Origin: an uncultured Acidobacteriota bacterium
GTDB taxonomy: Bacteria > Actinomycetota > Acidimicrobiia > Spongiisociales > ZC4RG35
NCBI GenBank assembly: GCA_963848695.1
Contig: CAWKEI010000010.1
Coordinates: 4,905 to 68,904 of the forward strand
Direction of reading: 5' to 3'
Length of the DNA: 64,000 nt
Position numbers and translations under genes: made by a program. Shown one piece after another: positions 29,145 to 38,962 of this stretch; the stretch's first letter is position 1, and each line of letters begins with the position of its first letter. A model generated the notes under the pieces. The model ran no database searches. It had not been told where the DNA came from and was given only the letters and a program-made list of their open reading frames with translations.

Positions 29145-29879
29145 CTAGCTAACCGGCTCGAGGAGCTCGGAGGGCACCAGCAGCACGAGCGCCGCCAGCA
29201 GATTGAAACCGGAATGGATGAAAATCGCCGGCCCGAGGCGGCCGGTCCGCTGGGTGACCCAGGCCAACACCAGACCCACCAGGAAGATGGTCGGCACTAC
29301 GACCGCCGCCGCCTCGAGAAAATGGTCGGCCGGGAGCCCGAGCATGTGAAACGCGGCGAAAGCCAGCGAGCTGAGGATCATTGCACCGCGCCGCCCCATG
29401 TTCCCGAGGGACTTGAGCAACACACCGCGGAACGTCAGCTCCTCGGTGACCGGTGCGATCACGACGGCGGTGAGCACCGCTGCCACCAGCGCCGGGGTGC
29501 CTTCCAGATCGGCGATGGCGTTGGAGACCTCCTGTGCCGACTCGCCCTCCGGGAAGAACAACGTGGTCAGCGGGAGGAAGAGGACAGCCAGTGCGATCTG
29601 GAGGAGGAGCCCGATCCCCAGGTAGAGGACATCTGATCCGAGAATGGAAAAGCCGAGATCCTCGCGCTTGCGGGCCAAAAGCCACAGCACCACGAGGTGG
29701 CCGGCGTATTGCGCGGCCAGGCCGAGCACGAGGGCAGATTCGCCACCGCCCAGCAACGCCCCGATGGCTATGGCCAGACCCGCACCCAACAATCCGCCCA
29801 GGAAGACGAGGAAGAAGTCGGGGAGCGACCAAGGCCTGGGCACGTGCCGTGAGCCTAATGATTGGCCCTGGGTCGCCAC
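29145..29879 (-). CDS. CPBP family intramembrane glutamic endopeptidase (CAAX protease/Abi)
   Basis: EELTFRG, FAAFH and HSGFN motifs. Confidence 0.7.
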   Translation of the reverse strand: MATQGQSLGSRHVPRPWSLPDFFLVFLGGLLGAGLAIAIGALLGGGESALVLGLAAQYAGHLVVLWLLARKREDLGFSILGSDVLYLGIGLLLQIALAVLFLPLTTLFFPEGESAQEVSNAIADLEGTPALVAAVLTAVVIAPVTEELTFRGVLLKSLGNMGRRGAMILSSLAFAAFHMLGLPADHFLEAAAVVVPTIFLVGLVLAWVTQRTGRLGPAIFIHSGFNLLAALVLLVPSELLEPVS

Positions 29880-29918
29880 TGTTACGCTGGCTGGAGCGCT
29901 GTTCGGAGGTCAGTCGGA

Positions 29919-31076
29919 GTGGAGATCGACATCGGGATCGGGAAATCGGGTCGTCAGGGGTACGGCTTCGATGACATAGCCATCGTCCCCTCGAGACGGA
30001 CCCGGGATCCCGACGACGTCGACATCTCCTGGCAGCTCGACGCCTTCAAGTTCAGCCTCCCCATGATGGGCTCGGCCATGGACTCGGCCATCAGCCCCTC
30101 GACTGCGATCCAGATCGGGCGGCTGGGAGGTCTGGCGGTACTCAACCTCGAGGGTCTGTGGACCCGATACGAAGACCCTGACCCGTATTTCGAGGAAATA
30201 GCGGAGCTACCCGCGGAAAAGGCCACGCTCCGGATGCAGGAGATCTATCTCGAGCCGGTGAACCCCGATTTGATCGGGCAGAGGGTGGCGGAGATCAAGG
30301 CAGCCGGCGTGGTGACCGCAGCCAGCCTGACTCCGCAGAGGGTGCGGGGCTGGGCATCTCACGCCTTGAGCGCCGGTCTCGATGTGCTGGTGATCCAGGG
30401 GACGGTGGTCTCTGCCGAGCACGTCTCGAGCAGGGAGGAGCCCCTCGATCTCAAGCAGTACATTGCAAGCAGCGACGTGCCGGTCATCGTCGGCGGTTGT
30501 GCCAGCTATTCGACTGCGCTTCATCTCATGCGCACTGGCGCGATCGGCATCCTGGTCGGAGTCGGCCCGGGGGCGGCCTGCACGACTCGGGGCGTGCTCG
30601 GCGTAGGGGTACCGCAGGCCACGGCGATAGCCGACGCTGCGGGCGCAAGGATCCGCTATCTCGACGAAACAGGCCGGTATGTCCATGTGATCGCCGACGG
30701 CGGGATGCGCACAGGTGGGGATGTCGCCAAGGCCATCGCCTGCGGGGCGGACGCCGTCATGATCGGGTCCCCGCTGGCATCGGCCACTGAAGCTCCGGGC
30801 CGGGGGTACCACTGGGGGATGGCCACCTTCCATCCGACCTTGCCTCGCGGGGCCCGGGTGGAGGTTGGCGACAGGGGCACCCTGGAGCAGATCCTGGTTG
30901 GCCCGGCCCATGAGAACGACGGCAAGCTGAATCTGTTCGGCGCCTTGCAGGTCTCGATGGCCACCACCGGCTTCTCCGATGTCAAGGAGTTCCAGAAGGC
31001 CGAGGTGATGATCGCTCCGTCCCTCCAGACCGAGGGCAAGAGCCTGCAGCGATCGCAACGGGTGGGAATGGGATGA
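29919..31076 (+). CDS. IMP dehydrogenase family protein without CBS pair (GuaB3-like)
   Basis: N-terminus GYGFDDIAIVPSRRTRDPDDVDISWQLDAFKFSLPMM closely resembles mycobacterial GuaB3; GVGPGAACTTR loop. Start taken at the GTG (VEIDIGIG). Confidence 0.7.
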   Translation: MEIDIGIGKSGRQGYGFDDIAIVPSRRTRDPDDVDISWQLDAFKFSLPMMGSAMDSAISPSTAIQIGRLGGLAVLNLEGLWTRYEDPDPYFEEIAELPAEKATLRMQEIYLEPVNPDLIGQRVAEIKAAGVVTAASLTPQRVRGWASHALSAGLDVLVIQGTVVSAEHVSSREEPLDLKQYIASSDVPVIVGGCASYSTALHLMRTGAIGILVGVGPGAACTTRGVLGVGVPQATAIADAAGARIRYLDETGRYVHVIADGGMRTGGDVAKAIACGADAVMIGSPLASATEAPGRGYHWGMATFHPTLPRGARVEVGDRGTLEQILVGPAHENDGKLNLFGALQVSMATTGFSDVKEFQKAEVMIAPSLQTEGKSLQRSQRVGMG

Positions 31077-31198
31077 AGCGTGCTGGAAGTGTCCGGAATC
31101 GTGAGACGAGGCGGTAGCCCCGGCCGACCGGCGTCTGTTTGCCCGACGTCAACAGCTTGGATCGGGTCGGCCCTTCCGTGGTCCCCGGCTCCGAGGAC

Positions 31199-32764
31199 AT
31201 GAGTCCCGACGGAGACACACGGGCAAAGTCGGCCGGCAGTGAAACAGTTCTGGTGCTCGACTTTGGCGCCCAATACGCCCAGCTGATCGCGCGACGGGTG
31301 CGAGAGAGTCATGTTCGGTCTGAGATCGTCTCCCGGGAGATCAGCCGTGAAGAGATCAGGAGTCGCAACCCGATCGGTCTCATCCTCTCCGGCGGGCCGG
31401 CATCGGTGTATGCAGCGGATGCCTATCGGATGGATCCCGCCATCCTCGAAATGGGGATTCCGGTGCTCGGGATTTGTTACGGCCACCAACTTCTGGCCGA
31501 TCTCGCCGGGGGAACGGTGGCCAACACCGGTAGCGCCGAATACGGGAACACCTCTTTGGAGATGACCGGGGATTCGGTGCTGCTGAAAGACCTTCCCAAG
31601 CAGCAGCAGGTCTGGATGTCGCATCAAGACCAGGTGACCGAGCCCCCGGAAGGATTTGTCGCGGTCGCCACCTCCGATGGTGCCCGGGTGGCGGCGATGG
31701 AGGATCGCGATCGAGGGCTGTATGGGGTCCAGTTCCACCCCGAGGTCGCCCACACCCCCAGGGGCGCCGAGATCCTGAGACGCTTCCTCTATGACGTGTG
31801 CGGCGCCGCCCCGTCGTGGACCTCCCATTCGATCATCGAATCACAGGTCGAGTCGATCAGAGCCCAGGTCGGGGATGGGAAGGTGATCTGTGGCCTGTCC
31901 GGGGGAGTCGACTCTGCGGTGGCCGCCGCCCTCGTCCACGAGGCGATCGGTGACCAGCTCACCTGCATATTCGTCGATCACGGCCTGCTGCGGTCTGGGG
32001 AGGCGGAGCAGGTTGAGGAGACCTTCCGCTCCCATTTCGAGGTCGATTTCGTCCACGTCAAGGCGGCCGATCGGTTTCTCGAGCTCCTCGCTGGTGTCAT
32101 CGATCCCGAGCAGAAGCGCCGGATCATCGGCGAGACGTTCATCCGAGTCTTCGAGGAGGCGGTTGGGCCTCTAGGTGACGCCCGCTTCCTGGTCCAGGGA
32201 ACGCTGTACCCCGACGTGATCGAGTCGGGGTCGGCCAGCGCGGCGACGATCAAGACTCATCACAACGTCGGCGGCCTGCCCGACGACATGAAGTTCGAGC
32301 TGGTCGAGCCGCTGCGCGATCTGTTCAAGGACGAGGTGAGGGCGATTGGGGAAGAGCTGGGGCTGCCTGAGGAGATCGTGTGGCGCCAGCCTTTCCCCGG
32401 GCCGGGGCTTGCGGTGCGGGTGATCGGCGAGGTGACCCGGGAGCGACTGGAGCTGCTCCGAGCCGCCGACCTGATCGTGACCGAGGAGATCAAACGGGCT
32501 GGTCTCTACCGTGAGATCTGGCAGGCATTCGCCGTTCTCCCCTCGGTCCGGACGGTTGGAGTCCAAGGGGATCTCCGCACCTACGCGTATCCACTGGTGG
32601 TTCGGGCCGTCACCTCCGAGGATGCCATGACGGCGGATTGGGCCCGATTGCCCTACGAAGTCCTGGAGCGGATCTCCAGCAGGGTGATCAACGAGGTCCC
32701 CGGGATAAACCGGGTCGCCTACGACATCTCGAGCAAACCACCCGCCACCATCGAGTGGGAATAG
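31199..32764 (+). CDS. guaA: GMP synthase (glutamine-hydrolysing)
   Basis: GATase ICYGHQLL Cys motif, PP-loop [11 protein letters not shown]-terminal dimerisation domain ending ...IEWE. Confidence 0.9.
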   Translation: MSPDGDTRAKSAGSETVLVLDFGAQYAQLIARRVRESHVRSEIVSREISREEIRSRNPIGLILSGGPASVYAADAYRMDPAILEMGIPVLGICYGHQLLADLAGGTVANTGSAEYGNTSLEMTGDSVLLKDLPKQQQVWMSHQDQVTEPPEGFVAVATSDGARVAAMEDRDRGLYGVQFHPEVAHTPRGAEILRRFLYDVCGAAPSWTSHSIIESQVESIRAQVGDGKVICGLSGGVDSAVAAALVHEAIGDQLTCIFVDHGLLRSGEAEQVEETFRSHFEVDFVHVKAADRFLELLAGVIDPEQKRRIIGETFIRVFEEAVGPLGDARFLVQGTLYPDVIESGSASAATIKTHHNVGGLPDDMKFELVEPLRDLFKDEVRAIGEELGLPEEIVWRQPFPGPGLAVRVIGEVTRERLELLRAADLIVTEEIKRAGLYREIWQAFAVLPSVRTVGVQGDLRTYAYPLVVRAVTSEDAMTADWARLPYEVLERISSRVINEVPGINRVAYDISSKPPATIEWE

Positions 32765-32885
32765 GAGAGTTCTCCCCGCATCAACCGGGGGTTGCCGAAG
32801 GGCGAAGTGGGCCGGCAACAACAGAGGCGAGCTTTCAGTACGTATGTTGAGTTGCCGATAAGACCTGACAAGTCCAGGGAGCCAG

Positions 32886-34916
32886 TTGGACCTCAACACC
32901 CCCGAGCTGATGCGGATATTCCGCGACGAGCTGGAAGATCGTTCCGGTCGCTTGGTCGCGGGCGCGATCGCTCTTCGCCAAAACGATCTCGATGATGCAC
33001 GCCTCCAGAACCTGATCCGGGACGCCCACACCATCAAGGGCTCGGCGGGCCTGCTCGGATACGACGACATCAGACAGGTCGCCGCACGTCTCGAGCATCT
33101 CTGGAAGCAGATCTCCGAGGGATACTCGCCGCCCAGCGACGTTATCGTGGCCATGGAGGCAGGTGCCGGGCGTCTTCTTCCTTCGCTCGATGGGGACGAT
33201 GCTGATCTCGCCTCCATCGCCGACAAGCTCCTGCTTGCAGAGCGACCCGAGGACATGGGCGAGGGAGCTGATTGGTCCCCGCCGGCCGAGGTCATCCCAT
33301 TGCGGCGTCCCGAGCCAGGCAGTCTCGGGGGGCTACTCACCTCCGTGTCCGACTCCCTGCTCGGCGGGTCGACCCGGGTCGACACCGGTGAGCTCTACCG
33401 CCTCATCAACCGCATCGTCGAGGTCTCGCTCGATTCCGAAGCGCTGGCCGACCTCTCACTGCTCTCGATCGAGGGATCGGACCCGGCTCTCTTCAGGAAA
33501 TCCTGGCGTCAGCAATTGGAGAGGCTCGCCGCCTCCGTCTCCGAGATCCAGGATCAGGCCGTTGCCCTGGCCAACATCCCGTTCCGGGAAGCCACTGCCA
33601 CCTTCCCCCAATTCGTTCGTTACCTGGGCCGACGGATGGGCAAAGACGTCCGCTTCGAGCTCGTGGGCGACGACGTGCAACTCGATCGGCAGATCGTCGA
33701 CCTACTCCGCGAGCCGCTGCGCCACCTCCTGGTCAATGCCATCGACCATGGGATCGAGCCCACGCAGGTCCGTGTCGCCGCCGGGAAGAGGGCAACCGGG
33801 ACGGTGAGTGTCGGCGCCGAGATCATCGACGAGCGAGTCGAGGTGTCGGTCTCGGACGACGGCCGCGGGATCGATTGGGACAAGGTGGCCGACGTGGCCA
33901 CCGAGCGAGCCATCCCCTTCGTCTTCTCCGACCTGAGCCCCGTTCTGTTCCAACCCGGCTTCACGACTGCCGACCTGGTCACCGACTTCTCCGGTGCGGG
34001 TGACGGGCTGGCGGCAGTGCGGGACATCGTGGAGAAGGTCAACGGCGTGGTCCACGTCGAGAGCCCCGAGGGCATGGGGACACGCGTCACCATGACGCTG
34101 CCCCTCTCAATGGTGCTGCAGAACGTGGTGGTGGTCGCTACCGGGGACCAGTTCTGGGGTCTTCCCGAGGCGTCGATCGAGGCGGCCATGCCGCTCACCC
34201 GGGCCGAGATCAGCCCAACCGATGGCGGCCGGGAGGTCAGATTCCAGAGCAGGGAGATCCCATGTGTCTCGTTGGCGAAGGCAATGGGTGTGACCAACCC
34301 GGGAGATGAGTCCGAGCTGTTGGTCATCAACACCAGGTTCGGGCTGGTGGCCATCACCGTCAGCGAGCTCATCGATCGTCGTCGTGTTGCGGTGAAGAAC
34401 CTCGGCCCGATCCTGGAAGGAAGCGGCCACGTGACCGGAGCGGCCCTGCTCGGAGGTGGCCAGGTCCTCGTTGTCCTCGACCCGAATTTCCTTGGCTATC
34501 TCGCCAAGCGGCGCCCAGGCGTCGTTGGGCGCCGCCCCCGGATCCTGGTTGTCGACGATTCGGCCGGCGTCCGCCAGCTCCTCTCGGCCACCCTGAACGG
34601 GGCCGGCTTCGAGGTCGAGGTGGCCGCAGGGGCACGTGAGGCGATGATGGCAATGGTCAATGTGGGTTTCGAGGCGATGGTCATCGACTTTTCGATGCCC
34701 CGGTCCAACGGCGTCGAGCTGGTTAGGGCGATGCGCGCCTCCGACCAGAATGTCCCCATCGTCATGGTCTCTGGTGTTGCGACTCAGGACGAGAAGCAGG
34801 CGGCTTGGGAAGCCGGGGTTGATGCGTACCTGGACAAGTTCGACCTTCGCCAGGGCGTGCTCACCGAGACCCTGCGCCGGATGATCGGCGTCGACGAGGG
34901 TGCCGACGCCGGCTGA
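32886..34916 (+). CDS. CheA-like hybrid histidine kinase: Hpt - HATPase_c - CheW-like - receiver domain
   Basis: Hpt HTIKGSAGLLGY. N-box LVNAIDHGIE, G1 DDGRGID, G2 GAGDGL. CheW-like block (VVVATGDQFWGLPEASIEAA...VAITVSELIDRRRVAVKNLG). C-terminal REC domain (ILVVDDS...MVIDFSMP...AYLDKF). Confidence 0.75.
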   Translation: MDLNTPELMRIFRDELEDRSGRLVAGAIALRQNDLDDARLQNLIRDAHTIKGSAGLLGYDDIRQVAARLEHLWKQISEGYSPPSDVIVAMEAGAGRLLPSLDGDDADLASIADKLLLAERPEDMGEGADWSPPAEVIPLRRPEPGSLGGLLTSVSDSLLGGSTRVDTGELYRLINRIVEVSLDSEALADLSLLSIEGSDPALFRKSWRQQLERLAASVSEIQDQAVALANIPFREATATFPQFVRYLGRRMGKDVRFELVGDDVQLDRQIVDLLREPLRHLLVNAIDHGIEPTQVRVAAGKRATGTVSVGAEIIDERVEVSVSDDGRGIDWDKVADVATERAIPFVFSDLSPVLFQPGFTTADLVTDFSGAGDGLAAVRDIVEKVNGVVHVESPEGMGTRVTMTLPLSMVLQNVVVVATGDQFWGLPEASIEAAMPLTRAEISPTDGGREVRFQSREIPCVSLAKAMGVTNPGDESELLVINTRFGLVAITVSELIDRRRVAVKNLGPILEGSGHVTGAALLGGGQVLVVLDPNFLGYLAKRRPGVVGRRPRILVVDDSAGVRQLLSATLNGAGFEVEVAAGAREAMMAMVNVGFEAMVIDFSMPRSNGVELVRAMRASDQNVPIVMVSGVATQDEKQAAWEAGVDAYLDKFDLRQGVLTETLRRMIGVDEGADAG

Positions 34917-34971
34917 GGATCGAAATCGCGCCCCTTCAGGTAGCTTTTGAGCAGAGCGAAAGAGACGTGAG

Positions 34972-35877
34972 TTGCCCCAGATACCGGATTCACTGAGCTG
35001 GCTGTCCCTCGCCCTCGCCGTGGTGGGTGTGGTGGGCGTCGTCTGGGCCATCGCCATCACCCGTCAGGGCCGGCAGCGCGAGCGTGAGGTGATGCGTCTC
35101 TCCGAGGAGGCGCACCGGATCAAAGACGAGTTCGTGGCCATGGTGAGCCATGAGCTGCGAACTCCCTTGACCTCGATCGCCGGATTCGCCGACACATTGG
35201 TGGAGTCGTGGAAGGACCTGCCCGACGAAGAGGTCGACGAGTTCCTCGGGATCATCAACCGCCAGTCGATATACCTGAGCGACCTGGTGGAGGACGTTCT
35301 GGTCATCCCGCGTCTCGAGGCGGACCGGCTCCGCTTCCACCCCGAGTTGTTCGATCTCGGCGATCTCCTCGGCGATGTTGCCAAGATGGTGTTCCCGACC
35401 GGCGGGAGGAAGAGCGCAGTCGTCTCGCTTCCCGACGGGGTGAGGGTCCGGGCCGATCGCCGCAGAGTTCAACAGGTGATCCGGAACCTGATGGAAAACG
35501 CCCGCAAGTACGGCGGAGATCAGGTGATGGTCGAAGGCTTCGTCCTCGGGGATCAATACCTCGTTGTCATATCCGACAACGGGCCCGGCGTCCCCGACGA
35601 AGAGACACAGCGTGTGTTCGAGAACTTCGAACAGGTATCGAAGGGCGACAGCAGGGAGGCGACCGGGATCGGCTTGGGTCTTCCCATCGCCCGGCGACTC
35701 GCACGCGCCATGGGAGGAGAGGTTTGGTATGAGCGCCGGTTCCCGACAGGTGCCCGCTTCTGCTTCTCACTTCCGCTGCGTCGCCGGTCGGTCATGGGCG
35801 AGGACGAGGTGCAGGAGGTGGTCGATCTGGATGCCACCGCCTCGGTGGAGTTCGACGACACGGTGCTCGCCAACTGA
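34972..35877 (+). CDS. membrane-anchored sensor histidine kinase (HisKA + HATPase_c)
   Basis: One N-terminal TM helix, H-box VSHELRTPLTSI, N/G boxes NLMENARKYGG and DNGPGVP...GIGLGL. Confidence 0.8.
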   Translation: MPQIPDSLSWLSLALAVVGVVGVVWAIAITRQGRQREREVMRLSEEAHRIKDEFVAMVSHELRTPLTSIAGFADTLVESWKDLPDEEVDEFLGIINRQSIYLSDLVEDVLVIPRLEADRLRFHPELFDLGDLLGDVAKMVFPTGGRKSAVVSLPDGVRVRADRRRVQQVIRNLMENARKYGGDQVMVEGFVLGDQYLVVISDNGPGVPDEETQRVFENFEQVSKGDSREATGIGLGLPIARRLARAMGGEVWYERRFPTGARFCFSLPLRRRSVMGEDEVQEVVDLDATASVEFDDTVLAN

Positions 35878-35924
35878 TCACACACGTGTGATTCGTCGCT
35901 GGTCACCGGTACCATCCATCTTCG

Positions 35925-38153
35925 ATGCAAGCAGAGTGGTTCATCGACGACGTACCCGCGGAGTCTCCGCTCTTCGCCGACCTCAACCCATCGCAGCGTG
36001 AAGCCGTGGCGGCAACCGAGGGCCCGGTGCTCGTTGTCGCCGGGGCCGGTTCCGGGAAGACCCGCGTCCTCACCTACCGGATCGCCCACCTGATCCGGGA
36101 TCTGAGGGTGGCACCCGACGCCATCCTCGCCATCACCTTCACCAACAAGGCTGCCGACGAGATGAGGAACCGGGTGGGGGCGCTGGTGGGTGGCGCTATC
36201 CGATCTATGTGGGTCTCCACCTTCCATTCGGCCTGTGTCCGCATTCTCCGTCGGGAGGCGTCACGACTCGGTTACCGCTCAGGGTTCTCCATCTACGACG
36301 ATGCCGATTCGCTGCGTTTGATCAACCTCGTCCTGAAAGATCTCGATGTCGATCCGAAGCGCTTCCCACCCAAGGCCATGCGGGCGGTGATTTCCAAGGC
36401 CAAGAACGAGCTGGTCGACTACGAGGCCTTCGCCGACCAGGGCGACGGGTTCTATCACGAGCAGGTTGCCGACGTCTATCGCCTGTATCAGCAGCGCCTG
36501 CTCGAGGCCTCGGCGATGGATTTCGATGATCTCCTCATGGTCACGGTGGAGCTGTTCGGCGCATTTCCCGAGGTGCTGGCCGCCTACCAGGACCGCTTCC
36601 GTTACGTCCTCGTCGACGAGTACCAGGACACCAATCGGGCCCAGTACATGCTGGTCAAGCAGCTCACCGCGAGTCATCGCAATGTGTGTGTGGTGGGCGA
36701 TTCCGACCAGTCGATCTACCGGTTCCGCGGGGCCGATATCCGCAATATCCGCGATTTCGAAGTCGACTACCCCGACGCCCGCATCGTCATCCTCGATCAG
36801 AACTACCGCTCCACCGAGACGATCCTCGATGCAGCCAACTCGGTCATCGCCAACAACACCAAGCGGACTCCCAAAAACCTGTGGTCGGATCGGGGACGCG
36901 GTGTGCCAATTCTTCGCTTCGAGGCGGAAGACGAGCACGACGAGGCCGGTTATTTGGCGGACGAGATGGAGCGGCTCCAGGGCGAGGGTTTCAATCTCTC
37001 CGACATGGCCGTCTTCTATCGCACCAACGCCATGTCCCGTGTGATCGAAGACGTGCTGGTGAGAAGGGGCGTGCCCTACACCGTGGTCGGCTCGGTCAAG
37101 TTCTACGATCGCAAGGAGATCAAGGACGCCAATGCCTATCTCCGCGCAGTGGTCAACCCGGCGGACGAAGTTTCCTTGAAGCGAATCATCAACGAGCCGA
37201 GGCGGGGGATCGGTGACACCACGATTGCCCATATCGACCGGTTCAGCCAGAGCCAGAGGATCGGTTTTGCCGAGGGCCTGCGGCGGGCACCGGAGATCCA
37301 TCAGCTCAACGCCAGGGCGCAGACAGCCATCGCCGAGTTCGTGGCGATCATGGACAAGCTCCGCGAAGTGACCGAGGACGAGGGGGTGAGAGCCGGGGTC
37401 GAGTCGGTCCTCGTCGACACCGGGATGCTGGCGGCCCTGGAGGCGGAGAAGACGATCGAAGCCATGGGCAGGGTGGAAAACCTGCGTGAGCTGGTCGGCG
37501 TGGCATCCGAGTTCGAGACCTCGAACGAGGGAGCGGTGATCGGAGACGATGAGTTCGACTCACTCGACAACCTGCGCCGCCTCGAGGTGTTCCTGGAGGC
37601 CACTGCGTTGGTCGCCGACATCGATGAGTGGGAGGAAGGCGCCGGCGCGGTCACCTTGATGACCCTGCACACAGCCAAGGGTCTGGAGTTCCCTGTCGTG
37701 TTCATCGTGGGCATGGAGGACGGGGTCTTTCCTCACATGAGATCGCTCGGTGACCCGAGCGAGCTGGAAGAGGAGCGGCGGCTCGCCTATGTCGGGATAA
37801 CCCGAGCCCAGGACCGGCTGTACCTCACCTCGGCCTGGAGCAGGATGCTGTTCGGAGGGTCCAACTACAACCCGCCATCGAGATTCCTCACCGAGGTCCC
37901 GGACGGGCTCATGGAGAAAGCGGGGAAACGCCAGCGGCGGACTGCCTCAGAGCGAGCCGCGGCCAACGGCCCACGCACCACCGTCGACGCGACCCAGATC
38001 GGGCCCGGGGATCGGGTTCGACACGACAAATGGGGTTTGGGCACGGTACGTGAAGTCGTGGGGAGCGGGGAGCTCGCCGAGGCCGAGGTCATGTTCGACA
38101 CCCAGGGCAAAAAACGCCTGCTCCTGGCGTGGGCGCCACTGGAGCGGGCCTGA
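35925..38153 (+). CDS. pcrA: ATP-dependent DNA helicase PcrA/UvrD
   Basis: Walker A AGAGSGKT, helicase motifs (DEYQDTN, TLHTAKGLEFPVVF), 742 aa. Confidence 0.9.
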   Translation: MQAEWFIDDVPAESPLFADLNPSQREAVAATEGPVLVVAGAGSGKTRVLTYRIAHLIRDLRVAPDAILAITFTNKAADEMRNRVGALVGGAIRSMWVSTFHSACVRILRREASRLGYRSGFSIYDDADSLRLINLVLKDLDVDPKRFPPKAMRAVISKAKNELVDYEAFADQGDGFYHEQVADVYRLYQQRLLEASAMDFDDLLMVTVELFGAFPEVLAAYQDRFRYVLVDEYQDTNRAQYMLVKQLTASHRNVCVVGDSDQSIYRFRGADIRNIRDFEVDYPDARIVILDQNYRSTETILDAANSVIANNTKRTPKNLWSDRGRGVPILRFEAEDEHDEAGYLADEMERLQGEGFNLSDMAVFYRTNAMSRVIEDVLVRRGVPYTVVGSVKFYDRKEIKDANAYLRAVVNPADEVSLKRIINEPRRGIGDTTIAHIDRFSQSQRIGFAEGLRRAPEIHQLNARAQTAIAEFVAIMDKLREVTEDEGVRAGVESVLVDTGMLAALEAEKTIEAMGRVENLRELVGVASEFETSNEGAVIGDDEFDSLDNLRRLEVFLEATALVADIDEWEEGAGAVTLMTLHTAKGLEFPVVFIVGMEDGVFPHMRSLGDPSELEEERRLAYVGITRAQDRLYLTSAWSRMLFGGSNYNPPSRFLTEVPDGLMEKAGKRQRRTASERAAANGPRTTVDATQIGPGDRVRHDKWGLGTVREVVGSGELAEAEVMFDTQGKKRLLLAWAPLERA

Positions 38154-38590
38154 GCTTCAGGGCGGTCATCGAGTCGGCGCCGCGGGGTGGCGCGTATGTG
38201 CGCATCCCCAAAGACCAGGTCGATGGGCTCGGCGGAGGCGGGAGGATCCCGGTGCGGGCCAGCTTCGACGGAGTCGAGTATCGGGGCAGCATCGTCCGCA
38301 TGGGTGGGGAATCGGTGCTCGGGGTTCTCAAGGAGATCCGAGAGGGGCTGGGCAAGGGCCCCGGCGATGAGGTCGAGGTGACAGTTGAGCTCGATGTCGA
38401 AGAGCGTGAGGTCGAGGTCCCGGTCGAGTTGGCGCGGCTGCTCGCGGCCAACCCGGCGGCCCGCAAGGCATTCGAGAGTCTGAGCTATTCCCATCGTCGC
38501 GAGCATGCCCAACACGTAGCGGAGGCCAAGCAGGCGGAGACCAGGGACCGCCGGGCCTACAAGACCGTTGAGGACCTCACTCGAGGTTGA
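38129..38590 (+). CDS. DUF1905/YdeI-like small protein
   Basis: FRAVIESAPRGGAYVRIP...FDGVEYRGSIVRMGG pattern of DUF1905 beta-barrel proteins. Start uncertain. Confidence 0.4.
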   Translation: MGATGAGLSFRAVIESAPRGGAYVRIPKDQVDGLGGGGRIPVRASFDGVEYRGSIVRMGGESVLGVLKEIREGLGKGPGDEVEVTVELDVEEREVEVPVELARLLAANPAARKAFESLSYSHRREHAQHVAEAKQAETRDRRAYKTVEDLTRG

Positions 38591-38628
38591 TGCCGGGCGG
38601 GGGGTGCTGCCGGTTCTAACTTGTCGAT

Positions 38629-38955
38629 GTGTTTCGGGATCTTGTCAGGACTTTGCGGGAGGTGTGGGCAGAGCCGGCGGGCCGGGTCTTGGTCTTCGGT
38701 GTCATGGCGATCGTCGCCACGGGGACGACCTTCTACAGCATCGTGGAGAAGTGGTCGATCATCGACGCCCTCTACTTCACCGTGATCACCCTGACCACCA
38801 TCGGGTACGGCGACCTCCATCCCACCAACGACGTCTCCAAGATCTTCACAATTTTCTTCGTCCTCGCTGGGGTGAGCTTCATCCTCGGCTTCCTCAACTT
38901 CATCATCGGCCGCACCGTCAAGGACCGAGTCGATAGGAAGCAGAAGGAGCAGTAG
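38629..38955 (+). CDS. minimal two-TM potassium channel (108 aa), canonical TTIGYGD selectivity filter, no regulatory domain
   Basis: TM1 VLVFGVMAIVATGTTFYSIV, pore helix WSIIDALYFTVITL, filter TTIGYGD, TM2 IFTIFFVLAGVSFILGFLNFIIG, 15-aa basic C-tail. Confidence 0.75.
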   Translation: MFRDLVRTLREVWAEPAGRVLVFGVMAIVATGTTFYSIVEKWSIIDALYFTVITLTTIGYGDLHPTNDVSKIFTIFFVLAGVSFILGFLNFIIGRTVKDRVDRKQKEQ

Positions 38956-38962
38956 GCGGCGG

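Noticed and set aside
32171-33385. 404-aa minus ORF overlapping guaA and the CheA-like gene; also 45234..46598 (-) over sucCD and 51553..53124 (+) over the methyltransferase/hutI genes
   Set aside because: All are antisense to motif-supported genes and compositionally biased. Treated as spurious.
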